Below are positions 33,901 through 47,372 of a stretch of DNA of 64,000 nucleotides, piece after piece. The DNA lies in assembly GCA_039621445.1 (NCBI GenBank), contig CP154954.1:3353715-3417714 (forward strand), written 5' to 3'. Under the pieces are notes generated by a model. That model was not told the origin of the DNA. It saw only the letters and a program-made list of their open reading frames with translations, and made no database searches. Made by a program: the position numbers and the translations under genes. The first letter of the stretch is position 1; each line of letters starts with the position of its first letter. The DNA comes from Euglena gracilis. Its lineage: Eukaryota.

Positions 33901-36900
33901 TACTACTATACTATACTATACTATACGACTACGAGACTATACTATACTATATATACTATATAGACTAACGATACTATACTATACTATACTATACTATACT
34001 ATACTATACTATACTATACTATACTATACAACACTATACTATACTATACTATACTATACTATACTATACTATAACGTGACCCCCCCCTATATGACACCCC
34101 CCCCTAATAGTCGCCCCCCCCCTGGGGGTTCCCATGGACCCAAAGGAAATGTGGGGTAATTGAGTAACCCCCCCCTAATTGTCACCCCCCCCCTAATAGT
34201 CGCCAGGGGGGTCAAAACGCTCCCGGGGGGGTGCCATTTAGGGGGGGGGGGGTCACGTTACTATACTATACTATACTATACTATACTATACTATACTATA
34301 AGGTTGTTTCGATTAATCGATTTTTTGATTAATCGTTCGCCACCCCTTGATTAATCGTTCATTCGGCCAGGGGGTGATTAATCGAAATAATCGGTCTTCC
34401 CAAGGAAACCATTGAAAAAGCAGTGCAGGAAAACTCTTGGGAGTGATCATTTTGGAGGCTCTGTCTCACAGAAATGTCACTGTGTGTTGCTTTCTTTTGG
34501 GGGAGACCCGTTAGGAAACAAACGGGATAGATTCATACGCACAGACATCAGAGCACGGATGGGAGAGTCATCCAGCTTAGCGCGCAAGTCGCTATGCAGG
34601 AGACTTTGGTGAGAAAAACTGTGCTCAACACAAGCTTCTCAACACCAAGGCTGAAAATTGCAATGCAACTTTGGCCAAATCGGCACATGCAAAGCAACCC
34701 CCTCCCAAAATTGCACAGGCTGAGGAAATGGCCGAGCAGTGATGGCCAGAGGGCCATTTCGGGTCACCCATTGCACCACCTATTTTTAAGGAAAAACATG
34801 ATTTTTCAAGGGAAATGAAGTGTTTGTTGGTCATCATAATGCTAGGAACCCAAAGGGGGCATTAATCGTTCGGTAATCGTTCGCCACCCCCCGATTAATC
34901 GGCATTAATCGTTCGGTGCCGTCGATTAAGATTAATCGTCCAACCTTATATACTATACTATACTATACTAAACTATACTATACTATACTATACTATACTG
35001 ATACGAAAACTGTGTCCAGAACGCCGGTTCGGACCACGGAACTGTGTTCCAGAACGCCGGTTCGGGCTGCCGCCCGAACCGGCGTTCTGGAACACAGTTC
35101 CGTGGCCGAACCGGCGTTCTGGACACAGTTGTTGAAACCGTGGATTAGGGGCTCTGGCTTCACGCCCGAACCGGCGTTCAAGGAATCCAGGTCAATTTCG
35201 GCCTAAATACCCATTTTTCGAACATTTTGGAGCATTTTTGGGCTCCTTTCGGCGCATGGCCATATCGACCGGCCGATTGAAGTTTTCACCCGTCTGGTGC
35301 CATGTTACCCATCGATCGAAAGCTCTTCTCAAGTGCTTTTGGCAGATGGCCACAGGATTCAGCAATAATCCACACAGCGCTTATTTTCAGCGATCGTGCA
35401 TTCCAAAATTTGAGATCCTAATTTGTGAAATCCCACACCTGAGGTGCCATACAGCACATCAATCGAAAGCTCTCGCCAAGGCCTTTCATTTGGTACCCAC
35501 AGAACTCAGCTATACTGCAGAGCACTCTGAAAATCGGCGATCGCATTTTCCGACCCTGTTTGCAAAGTCGAAATTCCCATGTTTCACCGGCCATGTTGCC
35601 CATCGATCGAAAGCTCTTCTCAGGGGCTTTCAGCAGATGGCCTTAGATTTCAGCCGTGCTGCATGGTATTATATTTCAAAAATTCCCTAAATTTGGCCGA
35701 ATGGAAATTCTTGCACAAAATACCCCAATATCTGGCCAATTACCTCCCAAAAACTGCTCAGATGTGATTGCCACATGTCTACTAAGCATTTTGAACACTT
35801 TTTGGCACTTTTTATTTTCGGTCCCCTGGACGCTATCTTCCCATCTTCCCGCCCGAACCGGCGTTCCAGAACGCCGGTTCGGTGCAAAAATTTCTGCGCC
35901 GAACCGGCGTTCTGGAACGCCGGTTCGGGCGTGAAGCCAGAGCCCCAATACACGGTTTCTATACTATACTATACTATACTATACTATACTATACTATACT
36001 ATACTATGCTATACTATACTATACTATACTATACTATACTATACTATACTATACTATACTATACTATACTATACTATACTATACTATACCATACTATACT
36101 ATACTATAATATACTATACTATACTATACTACCATGCCCCCCATATTGTACCCCCCCCTGGGAGCCATTTTCTGGGGGGAGGTACATTATGGGGGGGTAC
36201 AATATGCAGACCCGTGAACCGTCAAAAAAAGACATTTAATTTTCTTCATGAGGAAATTGGGGGTACATTATGGGGGGTACCATATGGGGGGGCATGGTAT
36301 ACTGGGGAGAAAGCAGTACAGTTGGGGTTTTTTGGGGACCCCCCCTCCCCCCCTGTACAGTTGGGATTTTTGGGACCCCCCCCCCGAGACAAATGAAAAT
36401 TTTGACACCAAAACTGGCCTTTTTAGAACAAAAAAAGGCCCTAAAATTTTTTTTCGGAGCCTTCGGCGCCAGTTTTTTTGCCAATTTTTGAGGGGGGGTT
36501 GGAGTACAGTTGGGACACCAGTACCCTTCCACCCCCCCTGTGTTGACACAGTACAGCAAAAAGTGCCAAAAATGCAAAAAAAACTGACCTCGGGACCCCC
36601 CCTCCCCCCCTGCCAAAGCACCACTATACTATACTATACTATACTATACTATACTATACTATACTATACTATATTATACTATACTATACTACACTATACT
36701 ATACTATACTATACTATACTATACTATACTATACTATACTATACTATACTATACTATACTATACTATACCATACTATACTATACTACACTATACTATACT
36801 ATAAAATACTATACTATACTATACTATACTATTCTATACTATACTATACTATACTATACTATACTATACTATACTATACTATACCATACTATACTATACT

Positions 36901-37022
36901 ATGCTATACTATACTATACTATACTATACTATACTATACTATACTATACTATACCATACTATACTACACTATACTATACTATACTATACTATACTATACC
37001 ATACTATACTATACTATGCTAT
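30915..37022. repeat. (TATAC)n arrays interleaved with MITEs (31400-31583, 32233-32441, 32582-33668, 34074-34258, 34299-34948, 35134-35959, 36132-36297, 36302-36623)
   Basis: Direct reading; inserts have TIRs and mostly TA flanks. Confidence 0.9.
35134..35959. mobile_element. MITE with about 45-bp TIR
   Basis: GAAACCGTG..GGGGCTCTGGCTTCACGCCCGAACCGGCGTTC and its reverse complement; three internal CATC(G/A)ATCGAAAGCTCT repeats. Confidence 0.85.
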
Positions 37023-37023
37023 A

Positions 37024-39593
37024 CCGGTCTGCCAATTAATGCGCGATCACTTTAATTGTAATCACTTTATTGCGCAGGAGAGTGACCTGCGCATTTTGGT
37101 GTTCACAAATATTCGCGAAAAAGCGCGAAATGTTTAACGTACCGTTCGTGGTCCCTAATATTCAGGATGGACCGGTTTGTTGTGAAGCAACCCCATGGAA
37201 CGCACCACCTGCAAAGAATACTGAGGGAGAAGTTCATCGAAACAAAGCAAAGTGTCAGGGTGAAACCAATTGACCGCCCCTGGTTGAAGTATTCCAGTGA
37301 TCACAAGGCAATGATTGTCGAGGAATGGATCAAGTGTGGCCGCTCGTGGGCCTCACTGTGTCGACATCTGGGATCCAGTCTGACGCCGCCGTCGTCAACC
37401 CTGAAAGGTTGGGAGACCAAGCTGGCTGTCCGAGGCGAAGTTCTTCGTCGTGGTCGGCCTTCACTGCTGAACGCTGTTGAGGAGGAAGCTCTGAGTACCT
37501 TTGTGCAAGCTGTTCGCAATGAAGGTGCCCCAGTTGACAAAGAAATGCTGACCAACCTGGGTGGACGTTTGATGCAGGAGACTCGCACGGAGAGGGACCA
37601 CCCCATTCTTGGGCGAGGCTGGGCTTGGAGCTTTCGAAAGAGGCACAAGTTCACGAACTTGAGGTATTCTTTTTGGGGAGAATGTTTTTTCTGTGTGGTT
37701 TGTGTCTGACAGAGGCATCACTACTGACAAACCTGTGGACACAGAAGAAGAAGTTGCTGCAGATGCCACGTGGCGCCAGTCCCTGAACCAGATTTTGCAG
37801 GAGCCATCGAAGCATGGTATGCTCATTGTGCCTGTATGTTCTGGGATTCTGGGATTGCTGCATGTAGGAATCCCTTGGGACGGCCCATTGCCCTCAAATC
37901 AAGTACTGGCAATAGATGAGACATCAATTTGTTACCTGTTGGCAAGAATCTTGCAAGCAGGTGGGAGATTGCTGCCAGACCGGTTTGTGTTTGAATGGTA
38001 TTCGTCCCCTCCAATTTCCACCTTCAATTTCCAGAGGAGGTGTCCCCATGAGCAGCAGACGTTTGCAAGGAGTTTGACTAAGCATCAGCTGTGAGCAGGT
38101 GCCCTCCCCCCTGCACGGATTTTTCCTCGTGTCAAGGTGTTTGACCATCAACAATGTGCAAAACGGGGTCATTCTTGTCTGCCGTTCAGCCCCTTCACCC
38201 CCCCCTGCATGGATTTTTCCTCGTGTCAAGGTCTTTGACCATCAAAAATGTGAAAACGGGGTCATTCTTGTCTGCCGTTCAGCCCCCTCCCCCCCCCCCA
38301 GCCCCCCCTCGTTCTGCGCAGGTGTTTGACCATCAACAACAACTCCCCGGCCGCGTGTCATCAACACGACCTGCACCGTTTCTGGCTGACAATGGGTGTT
38401 TTTAAATTTTGGGGGGTTTTCCAGTTCTTATTCTGTCTCTCAGAAGTCCTTCCCCAGAATCAAACGGGTTCGTTGTTGGGCGTGGTTGGTTTTTTTTTCC
38501 CTCTTGCACCCCTGCACCCCCTTGGATACTTGGATACTTCTACTTGGATACTTCGGTGCCTAAAGTGGGGTGGCATTTTTTCTGAAACTTTTTCCCGTGT
38601 TTTTTTTTCACCGACCCCCCCCCAGGCTTCTTTTTAAGTCAGCAGACCCCCCCCCCCGGGGGAGGGGGGTGGGTGGGTCCGGGCGGGACCCCCCCCCCCA
38701 GCGAAAATTTTTGAAAATTGCCTTGAATGGGTCCGATTTTGGGGGGGTCCCCCCCCGGGGGGGGTCCCGCGCCACCCTGGGTGGGTGGGGGGGAGCCCCC
38801 CCCTCCGGGGGCTTGAAAAGAAGCCAGCCCCCCCCCCCGGGTTTCCTCCGAGAGACGGTCCAGCACCTGCCTGTCGGCTGCACGGCTGTGTTTTTTGGCA
38901 CGGTCAGATGGACTTCTTACAACCCTGAACAATTCAGTGAACACACAAAGTCTTTTGTGGCAGTGTCATCTTTGAAAAAATTTTGCGAGGAATGGCTTGC
39001 GCGGTTCAAATTCAGCTAATTTTTAAGTTTTTTGACAATTTCAGGTTCAAAACTTAAAAAAAGTTCAAAAACAGTTTTCGACATTTTTCAAAATTTGATA
39101 AACAAACCGTGCTGAGGAACCGTCCTTCAAAGCACTTTTTACAATAGACCCAAAGAACCGGAGACTCTAATCTTAGAACCAAACAATTGTTTTTACCCAT
39201 GGGGGGGGGAGAAGGTCAGTGAGCTTTTTGTTGTAAAACTAGTCCTTCAGTTTTTCAGATGACCAGCCAGGCAGCCACCGGCCGGGGGGCCTCTCTTGGC
39301 CTGTTTCAGGGGGAAAAAATCATTCCGACCGCAGAGTCACTCACCCGTCATTCACTCCGAAAAAACCCGTCACTGCCCCCCCCCCCGGGTGGGGGGCTGG
39401 TCAGATCTTGAGCGGTTGCCTGCTGAGGGCCTTGACGTCGTTTAAAAATACACTTACGTTGAAAAGAGGAGCGCGCTTCACGTCCGCGGAACCCTCTGTC
39501 CCGGCTGTCGACGACATTTTAATGCGCCGTGGCTTTTCCATACGGCCGCCGGACCTGCGCATTTTGATGATCGCGCATTTTGGTGTCGCCCCT
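37024..39593 (+). mobile_element. Second pogo-like transposon, internally deleted
   Basis: AATGCGCGATCA / TGATCGCGCATT subterminal inversion, TA flanks; contains transposase 5' half, a tandem repeat of about 100 bp (38095-38345) and a nested MITE. Confidence 0.7.
37167..37940 (+). pseudogene. Truncated pogo/Tigger transposase with GT-AG introns (37664-37712; probably 37817-37867)
   Basis: HTH + GRP + CENP-B HTH (GRGWAWSFRKRH), first catalytic motif AIDETS; later Asp motifs not found. Confidence 0.75.
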
Positions 39594-41589
39594 TAGTGTG
39601 TCTGCCTATTTTTTGGCAGGGAGGTACTATGCTATACTATATTATACTAAACTATACTAGACTATACTACCGTGCCCCCCCCCCGAGCTATTCCCCCCCC
39701 CCCCGAGCTATTCCCATTGGGGGTACGGGAATAGCTCACTGTCATAGCACTTTTTATAAAGAACTTCCTAAGAAAGTGGTCAAAAATTGACGTTTTTGGA
39801 CCATTTTCAAAAATCACCTTTTGGCAAACGTGCACAAAATTGACCATTTTTGGCGAACATCCAAAAAAGTTGCCAAAAATGACCCCTTTTGGGTTGCCCG
39901 AGGGTCGGGTATGGGAATAGCTCGGGGGGGGACCTAGGTCCCCCCCCCCCCGAGCTGTTCCCCCCCCCGTACTGTTCCCATTAGGCCGTAAAGTCCGGCG
40001 TGTTCGCCGGAAAGCAATAAATTGTTCGCTATTTTTGGAACCTGTCAAGGAGTGTGGGTCCAGACACCCCTCCCAACATCCACCTCAAAGTAAAAGGCTT
40101 CTCATCCATGGAAATGACAAGTGAGAAAAACCTTTGCGGAACAAATTGTTCGCAACTGGTCCTCCTCCTGATGCAATAAGGCAAACCACAAACGTTGAAC
40201 TGCCTGTGCCGGTTTTGAGGGGTGCAGGCGATGGTCACTGAAATACAAAATCAATAATCCATCTCAATACCCATCTTTCATCCATACCACTGGCAGAAGC
40301 TGAACTGCCAGATATGATGAACTGGGGCTTATTTTAGGAAAAATTTTAGGTGTATTATTCCAGGGATTGAAATTATGCCAGAAGTTGGGTCAGATTAACC
40401 TTTCACCAAACCCTAAGTAACTAACAACCGTTTCAATGTCCAATTTTAAGGCCAAACAATGCAAAAACATCCGCAATTCCATGATGCCTGCAGCGACTTC
40501 CTGGGTTTTATTTGGTCGCCAATCTACCCCAGGTATTCCTACTTGGGGGGGGCTTCCAAAAAATAACACCTCTCATGACGGACGGATCCACTTAGTGGTT
40601 CAGACATTTCTGCAAACGAGAGAAATTATTTCCATAACTTCCTGTTGAAACAACTTTGGGCTATTTTCCACTTATAAAATATGCCAATGAAATGTTTTTT
40701 TGGGAATTCAAGTCCGCTGGAATGAAAATAGAGGGGGGGAAAGTCAATCACATTTTTTCCAACAACAAAGCCAAAACATGATTTTGATAATTTTGGGAAA
40801 ACGTTTGAAAAATGGAGGTTTGTTGGCCAAAAAAAAACACCAAAAATGACAAAACCTGCCAAAAAGTTCGGTATCAAACAAATCCTGGTCGAAATTTGAA
40901 ACTTTTTAAATCGAAATTATCTCCCAACAGAACTCAAAATTAAAAACACTAAAAATTGCATGATTTTTCTGAGAATTGGCCAAAATTTGGGGGGAAAATG
41001 CAAAAAAAAAGAAGCGCTTGTGTTTTCCCTTGATTGCCTTAAGAACCATTTGCAGAATGGCCGGAACTCATTGCATCTGCAGATTCCAAAGTGTGGAAAA
41101 AAATGCGGGAAGAGGGAAAAATGAGGGGGAAATGCGGAAAATTGCAAAATCGGGGGAAATTGCGGAAAAATTGCAGCTATCAACTCCCCCCTGTATTCCC
41201 CTGTATTCCCCAACAAAAAAGGCACGACACATATCCAACAATAAACCAACAAAAAAATTGAAAAAAAATTTAATGCATCGGCTTCAATTGTGTCAATAAA
41301 ATTTTTTCACAATCCCACCTTTTTAAAGTCCCCCAGGGGGGAGGGTTCCTCCCACCCACCCAGTCTGGCTTGGGAACCCCCAAAGATCGGGCCGTTTGAG
41401 GGCATTTCCAAAAAAAATGGCGATTTCGCACCAAAAACCATATAAGGGCAGGTGGGGGTGGGTCAGGGACAAGCCTTGAGGGGGGGGTCGGACCCCCCAA
41501 CACGGAAGGGGGGGGTCGGACCCTCCCAACAGGCTTTTGCTTAAGGACCGGTCCCGGGGACGGGAATAGCTCGGGGGGGGGGGCACGGT

Positions 41590-43472
41590 ATTCTATACTA
41601 TACTATACTATGGGGGTCGACACGCCGTGGCGAGCCGTCCGGCTAGGGGGGGGGGAGGGGCGTGGCGAGGGGGTCCAGATGGGGGGGGGGGTGCGGGGGT
41701 TTTCCAAGAAAATTTTCTTTGGCGCGGCTGACATGGCGTGGCGAGGGGGTCTGAAAAGGGGGGGAGGGGGGGGGGTAAAATGGCGTGGCGAGGGGGTCGG
41801 TGAGGGGGGGGGGGGAGGGGTGTGCCGACCCCCCTATACTATACTATACTATACTATACTATACTATACTATACTAGACTATACCATACTATACTATACT
41901 ATACTATACCATACTATACTATACTATGCTATACCATACTATACTATACTATACTATACTATACTATACTATACTATACTATACTATACTATACTATACT
42001 ATACTATCCTATACTATACTATACTATATCATACCATACCATACTATACTATACTACCATGCCCCCCCCCCATATAAGACCCCCCCTCGGGGTCTTATAT
42101 GGGGGGGGGGTCGGTCCCGGCCAAAGGGCCGGACTTCGGCCGACGAGGGGGGGGGGTCTTATATGGGGGGGGTCTTATTGGGGGGGGGGCATGGTATACC
42201 ATACTATACCATATTATACTATACTATACTATATACTATACTATACTATATACTTTACTATACTATATACTATACTATACGATATACTATGTTGTACTAT
42301 ATACTATACTATACACAAATATATATATATATATGTATATATATATATGTATATATATAGAGATAGAGAGAGATAGTGTATATATAGAGAGATATAGATC
42401 TATAGAGAGAGAGAGATAGAGAGAGATATATATATATATATAGAGATATATCTATATAGATATATATATAGAGAGATATAGATATATAGAGAGAGATATA
42501 TATATATATATATATCTATATATTATATATACTACACTGTACTATACTATTTACAATACTATACTATGCTGTACTGTACTATACTATACTATACTATTCC
42601 ATACTATACTATACTATACTATACTATACTATACTATACTATACGAATATATACTACACTATACTACACTATTTACTGTACTATACTATACTATACTGTA
42701 CTATACTATACTATACTATTCTATACTATACTATACTATACTATACAATACTACACTATACTATACTATACTATACTATATACTATACTATATACTATAC
42801 TATATGCTATACTATATGCTATGGGGGGTCGGCACGCCGTAGGGGGGGGGCGGGTTTGGCGTGGCGAGGGGGTCCCGGATGGGGGGGAGGGGTGCGCGGG
42901 GGTTTTCCAAGAAAATTTTCTTTGGCGCGGTTGACATGGCGTGGCGAGGGGGTCTGAAAAGGGGGGGGGAGGGGGGGTAAAATGGCGTGGCGAGGGGGTC
43001 GGTGAGGGGGGGGGGGGGAGGGGGGTGCCGACCCCCCTATACCATAGCTGGCGTTTTTTTGTTTTTTATTGAAAAAAACGGGCAAAAAAACAGCAAAAAA
43101 AACAAAGGGGAAAATGATGGTCCAATTTTTGCCTTTGATCGCAAGGGTGAACTGTACTATACTATACTATACTATACTATTCTGTACTATACTATACTAT
43201 ACTATACTATACTATACTGTACTATACTGTACTGTACTGTACATAGTATAGTTATAGTATAGGATAGCATAGTATAGTATAGTATAGTATAGTATGGTAT
43301 AGTATAGTATAGTATAGTATAGTATAGTATAGTAAAGTATAGTATAGTATAGTATAGTATAGTATAGTATAGTATAGTATAGTATAGTATAGTATAGTAT
43401 AGTATAGTATAGTATAGTATAGTATAGTATAGTATAGTATAGTATAGTGTAGAAAAGCATGTAGTATAGTAC
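41590..43472. repeat. (TATAC)n/(TA)n/(GA)n arrays with MITEs 41609-41836, 42057-42194, 42820-43039
   Basis: Direct reading; GGGGTCG(G/A)CAC...GTGCCGACCCC family also at 51345-51592. Confidence 0.9.
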
Positions 43473-46400
43473 ATAGCTGGCACTTCGTTAAAAACGAAGT
43501 AAAAAAAACACGTTTTTTTTTAAAAAAAACACGTTTTTTTTAAAAAAAAACATGTTTTTTTATAAAAAAAAACAACAAAAAAACGCCATTGAGGGTCCAG
43601 GGCAAAAAAAAATGCCTTTAATTTTAGCTTTTTTTGCCCATCCTCCGTCAGAGAAAGACCCCAAATTTGGGATGTTTCAAGTTAGTTTGGAATGGTTTCC
43701 CTATTTTGACCATTCTTGTTGACGACAACCAAAAGTATTGGTTTTGAGGCTCAACCGACTGAAAAGACAAACTTTTCTTGAAAAGACAGAGTGCCCCCAG
43801 AAAAAGTTTCTCAGAAAAAGTTTCATTTTGGGAAAAGAATCCATCCTGAGCTGAATAGAGATGTGCGAACTGTGTCAGATGTTGCACGAATATGTCACAG
43901 AAATGTCCAGAAGAAAACATTCACAGGATTTGTTGGAATAGTGTCTTGAAATACTTGTGAACACATGCCACAGACAAATGAAACGATGCAAAATGAAGCC
44001 ACAGATGCATGGAGGCATGTCACATCAAGTGACCAAGTGGTCCCAAAACTAAGAAAAAAAGGTTGCCATTACATTGCAACAAAATAGACAAACAAAAAAC
44101 CATCGAGTTTCTAGGCACAGCAACAGGAATCAGAAAACACACACAACAACAGCAACAACATGGAGCAGTTTTTTTAGCAGGGACATGCTCAGGTCCTGAT
44201 TAGGATCTTCCAATAAAGTTCATCCCACCTCAAGCTAAGTCAGGTTGGGGAAATTCTCCACACCTGTAAAGATTCTTGAAACCGTGTTTGGGCCGATTTC
44301 GAGACTTTAAACGTCTTAAATCTTCGTCCAAAACACGGTTTCTATATCGAGAACTGTGTCCCAGACGCCGGTTCGGGCGGGAAACCTGCCGCCCTACCGC
44401 CCCTACCGCCCTACCGCCCTACCGCTAGGGGCGACCACGGCGCCTTCGGCGCCGCGGTCCCCGCCCCTGGGCTCCCCCTAACTCTTGGCCCAAACACAGT
44501 TCTTGACACAGAACACAGTCTGTTCCTCAGCTTGGCGTTGGTCTTGACTTGTAACTTGAATTTGAAACTTGATCTTGATAACATAAACTTCAGAAACACA
44601 TCCTTGTAACTTGAACCCCTCCGAGTTTCACTTCTCAGACATCTGCTGTGAAAAACACTTCTTTACTAGGGCACGTTGCCTGCCTGCGGCAGTTGGAGCA
44701 TGCCTGGAGAAAAATAAGGAATGGGGATTGTTACCGCAATTTGGGTAACATCGCGGGGTTTATTAACGCGGGGCCTATTAGCACGCTTCGGCCGTGGAGC
44801 GCGCGGTAATATAGCGCGCCTAAAATGGCCGCGTTTAAGCCCGAGCGGGAATTACCCACCCGCGGTAATTGTCGGTCCCTAGTGTATAGTATAGTGTATA
44901 GTTTAGTATATAGGGGGGTCGGCACACCCCTCCCCCCCCCCCTCACCGACCCCCTCGCCACGCCATTTTACCCCCCTCCCCCCCCTTTTCAGACCCCCTC
45001 GCCACGCCATGTCAGCCTGGAAGGGAAATTCCGCCAGGGTGACCAATAGGGGGGGGGGTGACTAACTCGGGGGGGGGGGTAGCAATTTTTGCCCAAATTT
45101 TGCCCCCCACCCAAAGTCTTGGGGGGTTTCAAGGTTGTTTTTGGGAATTCCAGGGCACTTTTCATGGATGCCAACAAGGCGTTTTTTTCACAGAAAAATA
45201 TTTCCCGTCGGAATTTTTTTTTGCCGGGGGCCCAAAGGTGACTAATAGGGGGGGTGACTAACTCGGGGGGGGGGCATGGTATATACTATACTATATGCTA
45301 CACTATATACTATACTATATACTATATTATATACTATGCTATGGAGCTGGGGTATCTGGATAGCCGCGGCTAGCCGCGGCTGGCTGGCTGGCAAAAAAAG
45401 GAGGAGGACTGGCCAGCCATGGCCAGCCACGGCTGGCTGGGTGGGTTTAGAGGAGGAGGAGGTCTGGCTGGCTTCAGTGTTGAGGATCTAAAAGAGGAGG
45501 AGGAGGTCTGGCTGGCCGCGATGGGAAATTTGCCGAAAAAAACCCGCGATCTGGGCAAGTCCGAATTCAAAGTGTTTTCTGCACAAAATGTCAGACCTGC
45601 AGTACGGAGTCATTTGACCTGGGCAAAGTGGCAGCTTTGATTGATATGACGATATATTTGTGTTTGTTGTGGTCATAATGCTGCTTTACTGGTGGCTCCT
45701 GATCCACAACCAGCTGTGGTCCCCACTAGGTTGAACTATCAACATCCATCTGGCTCTGGCCTGGTGGCCCCCCCATGGCCCACGTGCAAGTTTAATTGTC
45801 ACTAGCAGATTCAATTGCATGTTTTCTTCCCTGGTTCTGTGCTTTGCCCTTTTATGGGAGAAGGGGGTCCCGGCAAGAGATCTCAGAAAACTCCCTACAT
45901 CATTTTCCCATGACCATGTTCCACCAGTCTGCAGGGTTCCCGTTTTTTTGTTTTAAAACAAAGCAAAAAAACTTTCATGAATAAAAAACGGTTTAAAAAC
46001 GGTTTTTTTGCTTTAAAAAGGGGTGTTATTTTTAAATAAAACACCACAAATAGGAAAAAATCCTGTTTTAAACAACGTGTTTAAAAACAGCCCGGGAACC
46101 CTGCCAGTCTGGGGGGGATGTGGTTTTGTGGTTTCCATCACGAGTTTTGGCGGGTTTTAATTTTCGGCTATGTTTTGCCTTGCCCTGGGAAAAGCTCCTT
46201 CAAACAGTTTTTTTTCAGCCCAGGCACAGCATTCACCCCCCTCCCCCAGTTTGGTGCCACATCTTGTCCACAGATTGGGGAAACATTTTGGTCCAGTTGA
46301 TCGCCTCAATTTGCAGTTTGTTTCACAACTTTGGGCCACTTTGGTGCACGCACCTTTGGTGCCACAGGTGGGCAACCTTTTTCCACATCTTGGTCACATT

Positions 46401-47206
46401 TTGGCTCCATTTTCCTGGCACATCTTGTGCACAGGTGTGGACCACAACTCTTGGCCACAGATGGGGGAAACCTTTGACTTTTGTGTCTGCCTTGGGCACC
46501 CACTTGGGGCCAGTTTGGTTTGACCCTCGACGACGAAAAGGGAGGGAAACTGGGTTGGCGTTCCATACTGGACCAGAGTTCCCTTTCAGCGAAGCCGAAG
46601 ACCACCTGATTGTGAAGAACAAAAAAAACACAAAATCTTTTGGTCTCTAAAATTAAAAAAAAACGAGTTTTAAAAGACAAATGATGAAGATACCGGGCCC
46701 TGTGTGATGCGCGCTCAATTGGGATTAAGGGGAAGAATTTGAAGAAAATTCCGAAAATTCAAGAAGACACCAGAAACACAAAGAGTTCAGAGAGTTGACG
46801 TATCATGAAAAGATGCCAAAGATTGCAAGGTGGCCAAGAGGCCAAAAGTCAGGGACGGCAGGAAGACTGTAGCACCCAGAAAAGGAGACATTTTGAATGG
46901 GCCAGATTTGGCAATCTCAAAAGGTATTTCAATTGCCTCTTCAGTCAAAGAGTTCAGGTTTTTTGTCACCTGAAACAAAATGCACAGTTCTGGGGCTTTT
47001 GCCTGGGAAATTAGGAACAGAGAATGTTAATTTGTCTGGTTTCGTTTGCCAGCGCCCCCCGCCGCCAACGGGCACACACCAAGGATGCCCTATGGGCCCC
47101 ATTTGTTTCTCACTCGTATTACAGGAAATTGTGGAAAAAATACGAAACGACACAGGCCTGTTGTGGAGTGCCTGGTATTTGAATGATGGGGAACTCATCG
47201 GTCAAC
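43233..47206 (+). repeat. Segmental duplication, copy 1 (about 4 kb)
   Basis: Near-identical to 60022-64000, offset about 16.8 kb. Confidence 0.95.
45932..46103. mobile_element. hAT-type MITE with perfect 8-bp TSD (copy at 62728-62898)
   Basis: CCAGTCTG-CAGGGTTCCCG...CGGGAACCCTG-CCAGTCTG. Confidence 0.92.
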
Positions 47207-47372
47207 CAGAAAGTATTAATGCTGCAGTACAACTCTTGAAGGACCTGGGCCCAACAGTGGGCCTACACCTGAACCCGCAAAAGTGCATCACCTGGGGTCC
47301 CTGTGGTGCAGAAATTGCTGCAAAGCACAACATGACCCACAAACAATGGCAACCGGGGGAGGGAATTAAAGG
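47065..47372 (+). pseudogene. Non-LTR retrotransposon reverse transcriptase fragment (frameshifted copy at about 63860-64000)
   Basis: GTHQGCPMGPICFSL, AWYLNDGELIG (YLDD-like), GLHLNPQKC. Confidence 0.85.

Noticed and set aside
31081-43483. YYTIL-repeat ORFs
   Set aside because: Translations of (TATAC)n.
44388-44425. Telomere-like CCCTA repeats
   Set aside because: Unit is CCGCCCTA x4, not TTAGGG; part of a dispersed repeat.
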